Assembly: GCA_043814605.1 (NCBI GenBank)
Contig: JBDRJV010000035.1
Location: 10,275 to 74,274, forward strand
From: Candidatus Omnitrophota bacterium
Lineage (GTDB): Bacteria; Omnitrophota; Gorgyraeia; B26-G9
Direction: 5' to 3'
DNA length: 64,000 nt
The notes under the pieces were generated by a model. That model had not been told where the DNA came from. It made no database searches and worked only from the letters and a program-made list of their open reading frames with translations. Shown here one piece after another: positions 17,953-27,052 of the stretch. Both the position numbers and the translations under genes were made by a program. How positions within the stretch are numbered: position 1 is the stretch's first letter; each line of letters starts with the position of its first letter.

Positions 17953-19473
17953 TTACTTATTGCTTGTTACTTTTAAAAGTTTATCAATAAATTTATCCGA
18001 TAAATATTTTTTTACTAAATACTCTTTTTTTGCTTTTACGCTTATTGATTTATTTTTCATGATTAGATATTCTTTAATTTTAGATAAATTTACCTGTAGC
18101 ATTTGATAAAAAAGCAGGATTATACTTTTTTGAAAATACCTGCGGAAATGATATTGAGGATGCAATAAAAATAAATATTTTATCGGGTCAAAGGTAGAAA
18201 ATAAATTAAATAAAAAATGCTCAGTGGAAGATTCATCCGAACAAGTCAACCTTGCATCGTGATAAAATAAATCATCAATTTCAAAATCTTGGGTAATATT
18301 TTTATATCCGTAAGTTGTGGGAAAAGCTTTATAATTTCCCGCGCGGGCATCTGTACAGTATTTACGCGCAACAGAGTATTTAAGTTTTTCTGTTTGCTTT
18401 AATCCCGGAATACCGGAAATAAATAAACCCGTAACAAATATGTTATATTTTTTAAGTACTTTTATGGCTTTGAAATAACCCTGATCACGGGTAGAATTAT
18501 CTAACCCCTTATTGATTCTTGTTAATACCCGGGGATTTGTATGCTCAAACCCAATAATTATTCTCTTCAAACCGCTTCTTGCCGCAAAATCAATAAAACC
18601 CGGATTATTAATAATTGTATCAATTCTTAAAAAAGCGCCCCAGCTAAAATCAAATCTCTCCGACAGCATCATCTCAATTAATTGGCTGTCCCTGTTAATA
18701 TCATTAGCAAATCCATCATCAACAATCGCCAGTTGAGAAACCCCCAGGTTTTTTAAAATTTTCAATTCTTCTTTAACCCTGGGAAGAGATTTATACCTCT
18801 GCTGTTTTTCCCAAAAAGAGTTAACCAAACAAAAATTACAATCATTAATACAACCGCGGGAAGTTTCTATGCTTGCCGAAAACCCTTTCTGGGAAAGCAT
18901 TAAATCATAGAGTTTAAAATCAATAATCCCCCAATTAGGCAGAGGAGAACAATCTAAATCATCCAATAACGGATAATCCCCGGTATCGATAATTTGGCCG
19001 GCTGCCTGATAAATAAGTCCCGGGATATCTGCAAGATTTTGCCAATCATTTTTATGGGTTGAAGCTTTAATCAGCCGGAAAAATGTGCCTTCAGCCTCCC
19101 GCTTTACAATTATATCCACGCCTCTTTCAAGCCACTGCCTTGCATAAACATTAGCATGAATCCCGCCTGCGATAATTGGTTTCTGGGGGCAGATTTTTTT
19201 GATTATTTTTATCGTGATTTCATAATTAAGACTAACCAAAGAATCCATTATACTTAAAACAATAACATCATATTTTTGAACAAGTTTTTTGTATTCGGGG
19301 ATTGTTAAACTATCATAAAAACCGTCAAAATAAAAAACTTCATGCTCCAGCGGGACTAAAGCAGCCAGTAAAGGAAAAGTTACTCCGGGATTAGAAAAAA
19401 GATATCTGGCAAAATCATTACGAACCGGCCAGGCAGTATGAATATCTAAGGGGTTTAAGAACAAGATTTTCAC
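17953..19473 (-). CDS. B12-binding-domain radical SAM protein (paralogue 3)
   Basis: Same architecture, with TSRGCINDCNFCLV. Confidence 0.75.
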   Translation of the reverse strand: MKILFLNPLDIHTAWPVRNDFARYLFSNPGVTFPLLAALVPLEHEVFYFDGFYDSLTIPEYKKLVQKYDVIVLSIMDSLVSLNYEITIKIIKKICPQKPIIAGGIHANVYARQWLERGVDIIVKREAEGTFFRLIKASTHKNDWQNLADIPGLIYQAAGQIIDTGDYPLLDDLDCSPLPNWGIIDFKLYDLMLSQKGFSASIETSRGCINDCNFCLVNSFWEKQQRYKSLPRVKEELKILKNLGVSQLAIVDDGFANDINRDSQLIEMMLSERFDFSWGAFLRIDTIINNPGFIDFAARSGLKRIIIGFEHTNPRVLTRINKGLDNSTRDQGYFKAIKVLKKYNIFVTGLFISGIPGLKQTEKLKYSVARKYCTDARAGNYKAFPTTYGYKNITQDFEIDDLFYHDARLTCSDESSTEHFLFNLFSTFDPIKYLFLLHPQYHFRRYFQKSIILLFYQMLQVNLSKIKEYLIMKNKSISVKAKKEYLVKKYLSDKFIDKLLKVTSNK

Positions 19474-19477
19474 AAAA

Positions 19478-21022
19478 CTAAAACCTCTTTTTTAATATTT
19501 TTGATTTTTTAGTTAAAGATTGTGATAATATCCATCCCGAAAGAATTGCTGTGGTTACTCCGGTTCCGGGGAGGGTCCAGTGCCCGGATAAATAAAGATT
19601 TTTAACCGGAGTTTTTTGCTTTAAACGGTAAATCAAAGCTTGCTCCGGTGTATTCGCCCAGCCGTACATTGACCCCTGAAAACTTAAAGAAAAATTATTT
19701 AAATCCTGAGGAGTAAATATTTTTTTCACCACAATATGTTTAGATAAGTTTTTCACTTTTTTTTCTACGATATTAATCATTTCATCCGCGATTTGTTCTT
19801 TTGCCATGCGCCAGTCCCGTTCTGTTTGCCAGGGGAAAAATGCCGTTAAGATTAATGTGCTGTGCCCGGGAGGCGCTAAGTTAGTTTCAATATGCGTTGG
19901 TGAATAGGCACTTAAACAAGAGAGGATTCCTTTTGTCAGCTTTTCAAAATTTAAGTTAAAATCCAGCGATTCATAAAAAAAATATTCATGTTTATCTAAA
20001 CCATTCTGAGCAATATCAAAATCAAGGCCCAAGAATAATTTAAACGGGCCAACCGCCGGAGATAGTTTAAATAGCTTATTCATATATTTTTTAGGCAAAA
20101 GATCAGGGTTGATTAATTTGGTAAAAGTCTCTATAGCATCGGCATTAGAAATAACTGTGTTGGCGAATATTTTTTCCCCGTTTTCTAAAATTACCCCTTT
20201 TGCTTGATTTTCTTCAATTATTATTGCTTGAACTGCAGATTCAAGTAATACTTTCCCCTGTTTTTGTTCTATCGCCTGGACAAAAACATCGGTAACTTTT
20301 TGTGAACTGCCTTTTGGATAATAGGTATGTTCTCCATAAAGCCCGCTCATACAAGCCGCAAGCATCAACCCGGATATTTTATCTGGCGGTAATCCTAAAT
20401 AAGGCCAGCAAGCCGTAAATAACGCCGCTAAATGTTTATCTTTAGTGATAATTTGAAAAAACTTATCCGCAGTTTTCCGGGAATTAAACAGCCAGAATAA
20501 TCCGGTAAGAGGATATAATATTTTTTTTAATACACCAATCTTATCATAATCACTTCTTTTAACCGCTTGTTTACCCTGAAAAATCCGCGCGGTAATCATT
20601 ACATCCTGACGCCAGGCAATCATTAGTTTAAAAAACCTACGAATATCTTTTTTATTGCCCGGAGAGTACTTGAGCATAATTTTTTCCAGTGCGGCATAAT
20701 TACCCGGTAAAGGAATTTCACAATCCGGTAAAACTAAAACAACAAAGGGATCAATTTTAAAAAATTCAAGTTTATCTTTTATTTGATAATCTTCCAGCAC
20801 CCGGGCACAATTTCCCCTTTCATCAATTCCGGTTAATTGATGCACGGCTAAATCAAAAGTATATCCGCCAAGGTTAAAAGCTGAACAATTTCCTCCCGCA
20901 ACCCGGTTACGTTCGCAAACAACTACTCTTTGCCCGGCTTGCGCTAACCCTAAAGCTGCAGATAACCCTCCCATACCGCTGCCAATAATTACTGCATCTG
21001 CAATCTGTTTATTTTCTGTCAT
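19478..21022 (-). CDS. FAD-dependent oxidoreductase, phytoene desaturase (CrtI)/amine-oxidase family
   Basis: Dinucleotide-binding ADAVIIGSGMGGLSAALGLAQAGQRVVVCERNRVAGG and a CrtI-like length. The start is assigned to the ATG at 21020-21022, which shares its A with the recJ TAA (TAATG). Confidence 0.7.
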   Translation of the reverse strand: MTENKQIADAVIIGSGMGGLSAALGLAQAGQRVVVCERNRVAGGNCSAFNLGGYTFDLAVHQLTGIDERGNCARVLEDYQIKDKLEFFKIDPFVVLVLPDCEIPLPGNYAALEKIMLKYSPGNKKDIRRFFKLMIAWRQDVMITARIFQGKQAVKRSDYDKIGVLKKILYPLTGLFWLFNSRKTADKFFQIITKDKHLAALFTACWPYLGLPPDKISGLMLAACMSGLYGEHTYYPKGSSQKVTDVFVQAIEQKQGKVLLESAVQAIIIEENQAKGVILENGEKIFANTVISNADAIETFTKLINPDLLPKKYMNKLFKLSPAVGPFKLFLGLDFDIAQNGLDKHEYFFYESLDFNLNFEKLTKGILSCLSAYSPTHIETNLAPPGHSTLILTAFFPWQTERDWRMAKEQIADEMINIVEKKVKNLSKHIVVKKIFTPQDLNNFSLSFQGSMYGWANTPEQALIYRLKQKTPVKNLYLSGHWTLPGTGVTTAILSGWILSQSLTKKSKILKKRF

Positions 21023-22707
21023 TAAAAAATCCGGATATCTTTTAATTGTAATTGAATTGTGGATATCCCCTGCCACTCATTCATCGCCGGTGAATAAACA
21101 ATAGAAAAACCTTTATTAATATGTGAAATGTCCAGATCCGTAAACTTACTGCCAAAAGCTTCACAAGTAACTTTTCCGTCTGTAACCCACATCTTAAACC
21201 CGTTACCGCGTAAAGCCTTTGGCCTGCCTTTTAAAGCTAAATCACGTGAAATAAATACAGGCCGCGGGTTGCCCATACCAAACGGAGCGCACTGTTCAAT
21301 TTCGTTAATCAATTTTTCCGAAAGCACGCTTAAATCAATCTCCATATCAATATCAACCGTGGGAATTAAATCATCTTCGGTTAAGGATTTTATCGCCATT
21401 TCATTAAAAAACTCTTTGAAACTTTGCAGGTTTTCTCTCAAAATACTAATCCCCGCGGCTTTTTCATGGCCGCCAAATTCTTGTAATAAATGACCGCATT
21501 TAGTGAGTGTTTCAAATAAATGAAAATTTCTGATTGAACGCCCGGACCCCTTGCCTGTACTATCTTTAGTTGAAATTAAAATTGTCGGCCGGTAAAACCG
21601 TTCGGCAATACGCGAAGCAACAATGCCGATAACTCCAGGATGCCAATCATCATTGTGTAATACAAGAGAGCGGTGCTGTTTAAAATTTATTTGGGTTTCA
21701 ATCATGGCTAAAGCGCCGCGCAGAGTTTTAGCTTCTTCTTTTTGCCGTTCTTTATTTTCTCTATCCAGGTTTTGTGCTAATTTAAGTGCCTGCACATAAT
21801 CACGGGTTAAGAGAAGATCTAGGGCCATTTGGGCTGATCCCATGCGTCCGGTAGCATTAATCCGCGGGCCTAATATAAATCCGACATGGTAGCTTGAGAG
21901 CTTACGTTTAGATATTCCGGTAATTTCGATTAAAGCTTGCAATCCTATCTTTTTTGTCTGTGATAATCTTCCCAGCCCTTCTTTTACTAAAATTCGATTT
22001 TCACCCACTAAAGTTGCAACATCACTGATTGTTCCCAAGGCCACTAAATCCAAATGTTGGTATACATCGCTGTTTTTCCCGGCAATAGTTTGGGCTAATT
22101 TATAAGCAATCCCTACGCCTGCTAATTCTTTAAACGGATACTGACAATCTTTTTGCCAAGGATTAATCACTGCATAGGCTGCAGGTATTTTATGCTCACG
22201 CGGTTGATGGTGATCGGTAATAATAATATCAATACCCTGTGAATTTAGAAAACCTGTTTCTTTAAAACTGGATATTCCACAATCTACGGTAATAATTAAT
22301 CCTGCTCCTTGCGCTTTTAAATATGCACAGGCTTCTTGATTCAAGCCATAGCCTTCTTCTACCCGGTGCGGAATATAACAGTAAACATCCGCCCCCAAAT
22401 CTTTAAGCACAAAAAACAATAATGCACAACTGGTTAATCCATCAACATCATAATCCCCGTAAATAAATATTTTTTCTTTTTGTTTAATTGCTTTTCTAAT
22501 CCGCAATACAGATTTTTCCATATCCTTAAGTAGTAATGGATCAAAACAATTATCAATACAAGCATTTAAATAAAAATCCGCTTCGGCTAATGTATTGACT
22601 TGCCGATTGAGAAGAATTTGGGCAATAATCGGAGAAATACCCAGTTCTTGGGAAAAATTATTTTGTTTTTTTAAATCTATCTTGCTAATGTTCCAGTTTT
22701 TTTGCAT
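21022..22707 (-). CDS. recJ: Single-stranded-DNA-specific exonuclease RecJ
   Basis: DHH motifs IYGDYDVDGLTS, ITVDCGISS and IITDHHQP, and the DHHA1 motif GGHEKAAGISI. Confidence 0.9.
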   Translation of the reverse strand: MQKNWNISKIDLKKQNNFSQELGISPIIAQILLNRQVNTLAEADFYLNACIDNCFDPLLLKDMEKSVLRIRKAIKQKEKIFIYGDYDVDGLTSCALLFFVLKDLGADVYCYIPHRVEEGYGLNQEACAYLKAQGAGLIITVDCGISSFKETGFLNSQGIDIIITDHHQPREHKIPAAYAVINPWQKDCQYPFKELAGVGIAYKLAQTIAGKNSDVYQHLDLVALGTISDVATLVGENRILVKEGLGRLSQTKKIGLQALIEITGISKRKLSSYHVGFILGPRINATGRMGSAQMALDLLLTRDYVQALKLAQNLDRENKERQKEEAKTLRGALAMIETQINFKQHRSLVLHNDDWHPGVIGIVASRIAERFYRPTILISTKDSTGKGSGRSIRNFHLFETLTKCGHLLQEFGGHEKAAGISILRENLQSFKEFFNEMAIKSLTEDDLIPTVDIDMEIDLSVLSEKLINEIEQCAPFGMGNPRPVFISRDLALKGRPKALRGNGFKMWVTDGKVTCEAFGSKFTDLDISHINKGFSIVYSPAMNEWQGISTIQLQLKDIRIF

Positions 22708-22729
22708 TTTTGTTTGTTTTTTATCTTTT

Positions 22730-23416
22730 TTAAGAAAAACCGCTGTTTTTGTTTTCTGCTTGCAGAAATTTCTTGCGATAAGAAATTGCCCAGTTTAACA
22801 ATACTAATTGAATAATAACAATAAAAAAACCATATCCCAAATATCTAATACTTTTAGATCCTTGAAAAAAAGAATAACCAAAATATAAAATAAAAATAAG
22901 AATTCCTGTAATTAATACCCGGATGATTTCTCCGTTATACACCACCTGAGTTAAACTATACCGAAGCGGGTTTTTTTCTTTATATTTTTTGAATCTAGGA
23001 ATAAATGCTGGTACGGAATTTTTATATTCTATATACTCGGCTTTAAATAAATCCGCTAATAAGGCCTCTTCCTTCTTCACTGTCCCTAGGTAAAAAAAGA
23101 AAAATAAAACACAGTAAGCACCCCATAAAATATAATTACGCACAAAAAAACAAAAACCGAGTCCGATTAAAAAATTGCCGACATATAACGGATTACGCAC
23201 AAAAGCATAAGGCCCGGAGGTGGTCAACTGTCTGATTTTTTTTATATACCCGGCTGCCCATAACCTGATCATCACTCCGGCTAAGATATACCCTATCCCA
23301 AACCGAAAATTATTTTCCGTAAAACCCTGCTTATAAGCAAAAAATAAATATACTATTGCCAGCGGATATGCTGCCCACAAACGCATTTTTTTAAATCTAA
23401 ACTTTTCCAACTTCAA
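22730..23416 (-). CDS. Isoprenylcysteine carboxyl methyltransferase (ICMT)/phospholipid methyltransferase-family membrane protein
   Basis: YAFVRNPLYVGNFLIGLG motif in a multi-TM protein. The start is probably the TTG at 23408-23410 or the ATG at 23384-23386, downstream of an AGGAG. Confidence 0.55.
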   Translation of the reverse strand: MKLEKFRFKKMRLWAAYPLAIVYLFFAYKQGFTENNFRFGIGYILAGVMIRLWAAGYIKKIRQLTTSGPYAFVRNPLYVGNFLIGLGFCFFVRNYILWGAYCVLFFFFYLGTVKKEEALLADLFKAEYIEYKNSVPAFIPRFKKYKEKNPLRYSLTQVVYNGEIIRVLITGILIFILYFGYSFFQGSKSIRYLGYGFFIVIIQLVLLNWAISYRKKFLQAENKNSGFS

Positions 23417-23458
23417 CTCCTCATTATTTGTGTAATATTTAATGTATAAAGTGTGATG

Positions 23459-23712
23459 TAAAAATCAAATAAAAAAAGCATACATTGAGAAATCATATGT
23501 GATTTTGTTTAATTTATGGATGGAGATGAAGACCCGCCTAGTCATCTTCAGAGTAGCCTCACTGTGGTGGCGAGGCTGGCACGATGTCGCAACGCCATAA
23601 ACCAAGGATGGTTTTTTGGCAGCGAAGTCTTCAAACATAAATTATTACAAAATAAATATTATTTCTTAGGATGTGTTTTTATTTGATTTCCAAAGATCTA
23701 TCATTATTTTAT
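23459..23712 (+). repeat. Roughly 250-bp structured intergenic repeat, copy 1 (candidate sRNA, cis-regulatory RNA or mini-ORF element)
   Basis: About 88% identical to 26787-27047. It contains the hairpin tgaagatga-agacccgcctag-tcatcttca, the stem gcctc/gaggc and the closing gaagac/gtcttc, plus a conserved small ORF. Confidence 0.8.
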
Positions 23713-23786
23713 TGCGTTATTACTGCTGCAACAAATTTAAATTATAAGTGCAAAAAACTTATTTTTTCTAATCGCTAACCGCTATA

Positions 23787-24488
23787 TTAAAATTTGTATC
23801 CAATTCCAAAATTAATTGCCCATTCGTCAAAAAAGCGTATTTCTGCATTAGCATTTACATCATCTTTAATCTGATAATCAGCCCCCAGGAGAAAACCCCA
23901 GCAATCTTCGCTTTTTAACCGCCGCCTTAAATCACCTTGCTTGTACTTAAGCTGCGTATTGCTATATTGAGGGCCAAAATAAATATCGTTTTCCCTAAAT
24001 TCTTTTATAAACAGCCATGTTCCCTGCCATTCATCCCAAATTACCCGGTGCTCTATATTATTGACCGTATCTTTAAACGGATGACAACTTATATGCTGGA
24101 ATCCAAAGATTGACTTAATTTTTTCTTTCTCATCTGCATAAAATAGATAGCGAATCCCATAACCTCCGGCAAAACCAGTCGGGAAATCAAGATTTAACCC
24201 ATCATTACGCTGAAAAGAAACATTGCCCAACCCAACTTTTCCGTCAATAAATAACCGCTTGGTTAAGCCGTAACTGGCTTTAAGAAAATACTGGGTTGTC
24301 GCTCCCTGGCCCGGGACTTTATTAAAATCACGCTTAAAGATATGATTATACTGAAAACCCCAGATTGTCGTGTGCAAACCAGGCAGAAAATTCCCCTCAG
24401 ACGGAATGGCCAATAAACTCGGGTAAGATAAAAATAAGCTTAAGAAGCTGATTAAGCTTATGCAAACAATAAATTTTATCCGTTCCAT
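23787..24488 (-). CDS. Outer-membrane beta-barrel protein (signal peptide, C-terminal aromatic residue)
   Basis: MERIKFIVCISLISFLSLFLSYPSLLA signal peptide, alternating amphipathic segments, C-terminus IGYKF. Confidence 0.45.
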   Translation of the reverse strand: MERIKFIVCISLISFLSLFLSYPSLLAIPSEGNFLPGLHTTIWGFQYNHIFKRDFNKVPGQGATTQYFLKASYGLTKRLFIDGKVGLGNVSFQRNDGLNLDFPTGFAGGYGIRYLFYADEKEKIKSIFGFQHISCHPFKDTVNNIEHRVIWDEWQGTWLFIKEFRENDIYFGPQYSNTQLKYKQGDLRRRLKSEDCWGFLLGADYQIKDDVNANAEIRFFDEWAINFGIGYKF

Positions 24489-24554
24489 GGAAAAACAAAT
24501 CCTTGTTTTTTTATTATAATATATATAATAGACTGGTTTATTAAATTTAACAAA

Positions 24555-26261
24555 TTATTTTTTAGATTTTTTAGCGTACACTTCTTTTATTACTAACCCG
24601 CTCTCTAAAATCATCCAGATTTCTAACATCAATACGCAGATACTAATAACAAAAAGCCCCCAATTTGAATTTTTATAAAAATTATTTAGATTGATTAGCA
24701 TTGCCCAGCCCGTCATCAGGATCATAAAAACCATGGGGATTGCTGTAGCGAGAGCATTTATTTTTTTACGTGCTAAGGATATTGTTATGACCAGCAATGC
24801 TAATCCGGCTAAAAGCTGATTTAATGCCCCAAACAAAGGCCAAAGCACTAACGCCCCTTTTCCGCTGCCATTAAAAAAAGCTAAGACAAGTGCAGAAAAT
24901 ACCGCAATACAAGTAGCAGAATATTTATTTTTTAATTTTGGCATTCTCCAGGCACAAGCTAATTCTCCCACCACATAGCGCTGGATACGTGTTGCTGTAT
25001 CCAATGTCGTTGCGGCAAAAGAAACCAAAAAAACTCCCATAATTGTAATCGTAATTTTAGCTGGAATCCCTATGGTCCTGATTAAATTAGCAGAACCAGT
25101 TACAAATGCGCTTAATTTTGAGGATAAACCACTGGCCTGGGACCAGCTTGCGTATTGATAATTAAACGCCGCCACCCCTTTTAAAACCTCACCCGTTTGT
25201 GTCTTTAATCCCATACCCAGGCCTGCACTAACGGCAATAATCACAAGAATTGCTAATATTGCTTCAATTAACATGCTTCCGTACCCGATAAACAAAGTAT
25301 CTTGTTCTTTATCACATTGCTTAGAACTTGTACCCGAAGAAACTAAACTATGAAACCCGGAAATCGCCCCGCAGGCAATCACGACAAAAATAGCCGGGAA
25401 TAACGCTGGCGCACCTGGGGGAGCTAAGTTAATTGCGGGTGCCACAATACTAGGATTTGCCAAACAAATGCCCAAAGCTAAAAATACCATGGCAACTAAA
25501 AGCTGGTAAGAATTGATAAAATCTCTGGGCTGTAATAATAACTGTACCGGCAAAGTTGAGGCAAAAAAAACATAGATTAATAAAATTACAATCCAAACTG
25601 CAATTGGCTCAAAACCAAAAAACCCCGGTAAATTTAAAGGTAAAAACGCACCCATGATAATTGTCAAATACATTAAAATAACTGCGATTATCCCCATGAT
25701 ATTGGGATTTTTATTTTTCTGATAAATCATTATCCCTAAAATTACCGCGATAGGTATTTGCAACCACACTGGCAAAACTGATTCCGGATACATGGTAAAT
25801 AAAATTGCAATAATTAATGCAAAAACTGAAATAACAATCCAAAGCCCGAAAAATATAATTAAAAGAAAAAGCGTCCTGACTCTCTTGTTTATAATATCAG
25901 CCGCCAGATCTCCTACGGAACGGCCTTGTGCACGCAGAGAAATAATTAATGCGCCAAAATCATGCACAGCTCCGATAAAAATTGACCCAAACAATATCCA
26001 CAATACTGCCGGCACCCAGCCCCAAATAATTGCAATTGCCGGCCCGACAATCGGCCCCAAACCAGCAATAGATGTAAAATGATGTCCAAAAAGCACTTGT
26101 TTATTAGTAGGAATATAATCCAGATCATCCCGCTGACTATGGCTGGGGCAAATTGTTTGCGGATTAAGGCGAAAGATTTTTTGAGCTAAGAATCTACCGT
26201 AAATTTTATACGCCAGCCAAAAACAAAAACTCATTACAATTAATAAAAATAATGAACTCAT
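24555..26261 (-). CDS. cstA: Carbon starvation protein A (peptide/pyruvate transporter family)
   Basis: LFGHHFTSIAGLGPIVGPAIAIIWGWVPAVLWILFGSIFIGAVHDF matches the CstA N-terminal signature, in a 568-aa multi-TM protein. Confidence 0.9.
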   Translation of the reverse strand: MSSLFLLIVMSFCFWLAYKIYGRFLAQKIFRLNPQTICPSHSQRDDLDYIPTNKQVLFGHHFTSIAGLGPIVGPAIAIIWGWVPAVLWILFGSIFIGAVHDFGALIISLRAQGRSVGDLAADIINKRVRTLFLLIIFFGLWIVISVFALIIAILFTMYPESVLPVWLQIPIAVILGIMIYQKNKNPNIMGIIAVILMYLTIIMGAFLPLNLPGFFGFEPIAVWIVILLIYVFFASTLPVQLLLQPRDFINSYQLLVAMVFLALGICLANPSIVAPAINLAPPGAPALFPAIFVVIACGAISGFHSLVSSGTSSKQCDKEQDTLFIGYGSMLIEAILAILVIIAVSAGLGMGLKTQTGEVLKGVAAFNYQYASWSQASGLSSKLSAFVTGSANLIRTIGIPAKITITIMGVFLVSFAATTLDTATRIQRYVVGELACAWRMPKLKNKYSATCIAVFSALVLAFFNGSGKGALVLWPLFGALNQLLAGLALLVITISLARKKINALATAIPMVFMILMTGWAMLINLNNFYKNSNWGLFVISICVLMLEIWMILESGLVIKEVYAKKSKK

Positions 26262-26307
26262 AATCTTCTCGATAATTTTTAACTACTTTAACAAATTATT
26301 ACAAAAT

Positions 26308-26325
26308 GTACGGGCATGCCCGTAC
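26308..26325. promoter_or_regulatory. Perfect 18-bp palindrome GTACGGGCATGCCCGTAC about 50 bp upstream of the cstA start
   Basis: The sequence is self-complementary. It lies between the small membrane protein gene and cstA and could be an operator or an intercistronic hairpin. Confidence 0.4.
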
Positions 26326-26429
26326 CCTACATGATTATTAATTATAATTTTTTGCGTCCTTCGTCATTGTTCTTTCATCTTTTGCTTTTACTATTATCCG
26401 GAATCAACCTTCAACCCCTAACATTCGCA

Positions 26430-26765
26430 CTATAACCTAACTTCATCATTATCCACAACTTCGGCTTCTACATCAATAACTCCACCGCTTGTATCTGTAT
26501 GACTATGATTATTATTCTGATGATCTCTATTCTCGGAGTTAAAACCTCCTTGCGTTTTCTGAAAAGAATCTTTAAATGTGCCAAATAAAACATTCTTGCC
26601 CACAAGTAAAGCTGCAAAAAAAATAACCAGTAATATCCCGCCTAAAGCCAGCCAGAAGAAAAAACGAAAGAATAATAACCCAAAGAAAAAATTAAATAAT
26701 AGAAGCATGCCTATAAAATGCACCAATTTACCTACTATATATAAAATTCTTGAACTTAACCGCAT
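26430..26765 (-). CDS. Small membrane protein with a His/Asn-rich C-terminal tail (hypothetical)
   Basis: Two hydrophobic helices followed by NSENRDHQNNNHSHTDTSGG. No family was recognised. Confidence 0.35.
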   Translation of the reverse strand: MRLSSRILYIVGKLVHFIGMLLLFNFFFGLLFFRFFFWLALGGILLVIFFAALLVGKNVLFGTFKDSFQKTQGGFNSENRDHQNNNHSHTDTSGGVIDVEAEVVDNDEVRL

Positions 26766-26786
26766 TATTTCCCTTTTAAGCTTGCT

Positions 26787-27047
26787 TAAAAATCAAACAA
26801 AAAAAAGCAGCCATTAAGAAATTATGTGTGATTTTGTTTAATTTATGTATGAAGATGAAGACCCGCCTAGTCATCTTCAGAGTAGCCTCACTGTGTTGGC
26901 GAGGCTGGCACGACGTCGTAACGCCGTAAACCAAGGATGGTTTTTCGGTGGCGAAGTCTTCTATACATAAATTATTACAAAATGAACATTAGTTTCTTAG
27001 AATGCGTTTTTGTTTGATTTTCAAAGATCATTTATCACATTAACATA
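26787..27047 (+). repeat. Roughly 250-bp structured intergenic repeat, copy 2
   Basis: Direct repeat of 23459-23712 in the same orientation. It lies immediately upstream of the minus-strand small membrane protein gene and downstream of the HI0933-family gene. Confidence 0.8.
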
Positions 27048-27052
27048 TATTT

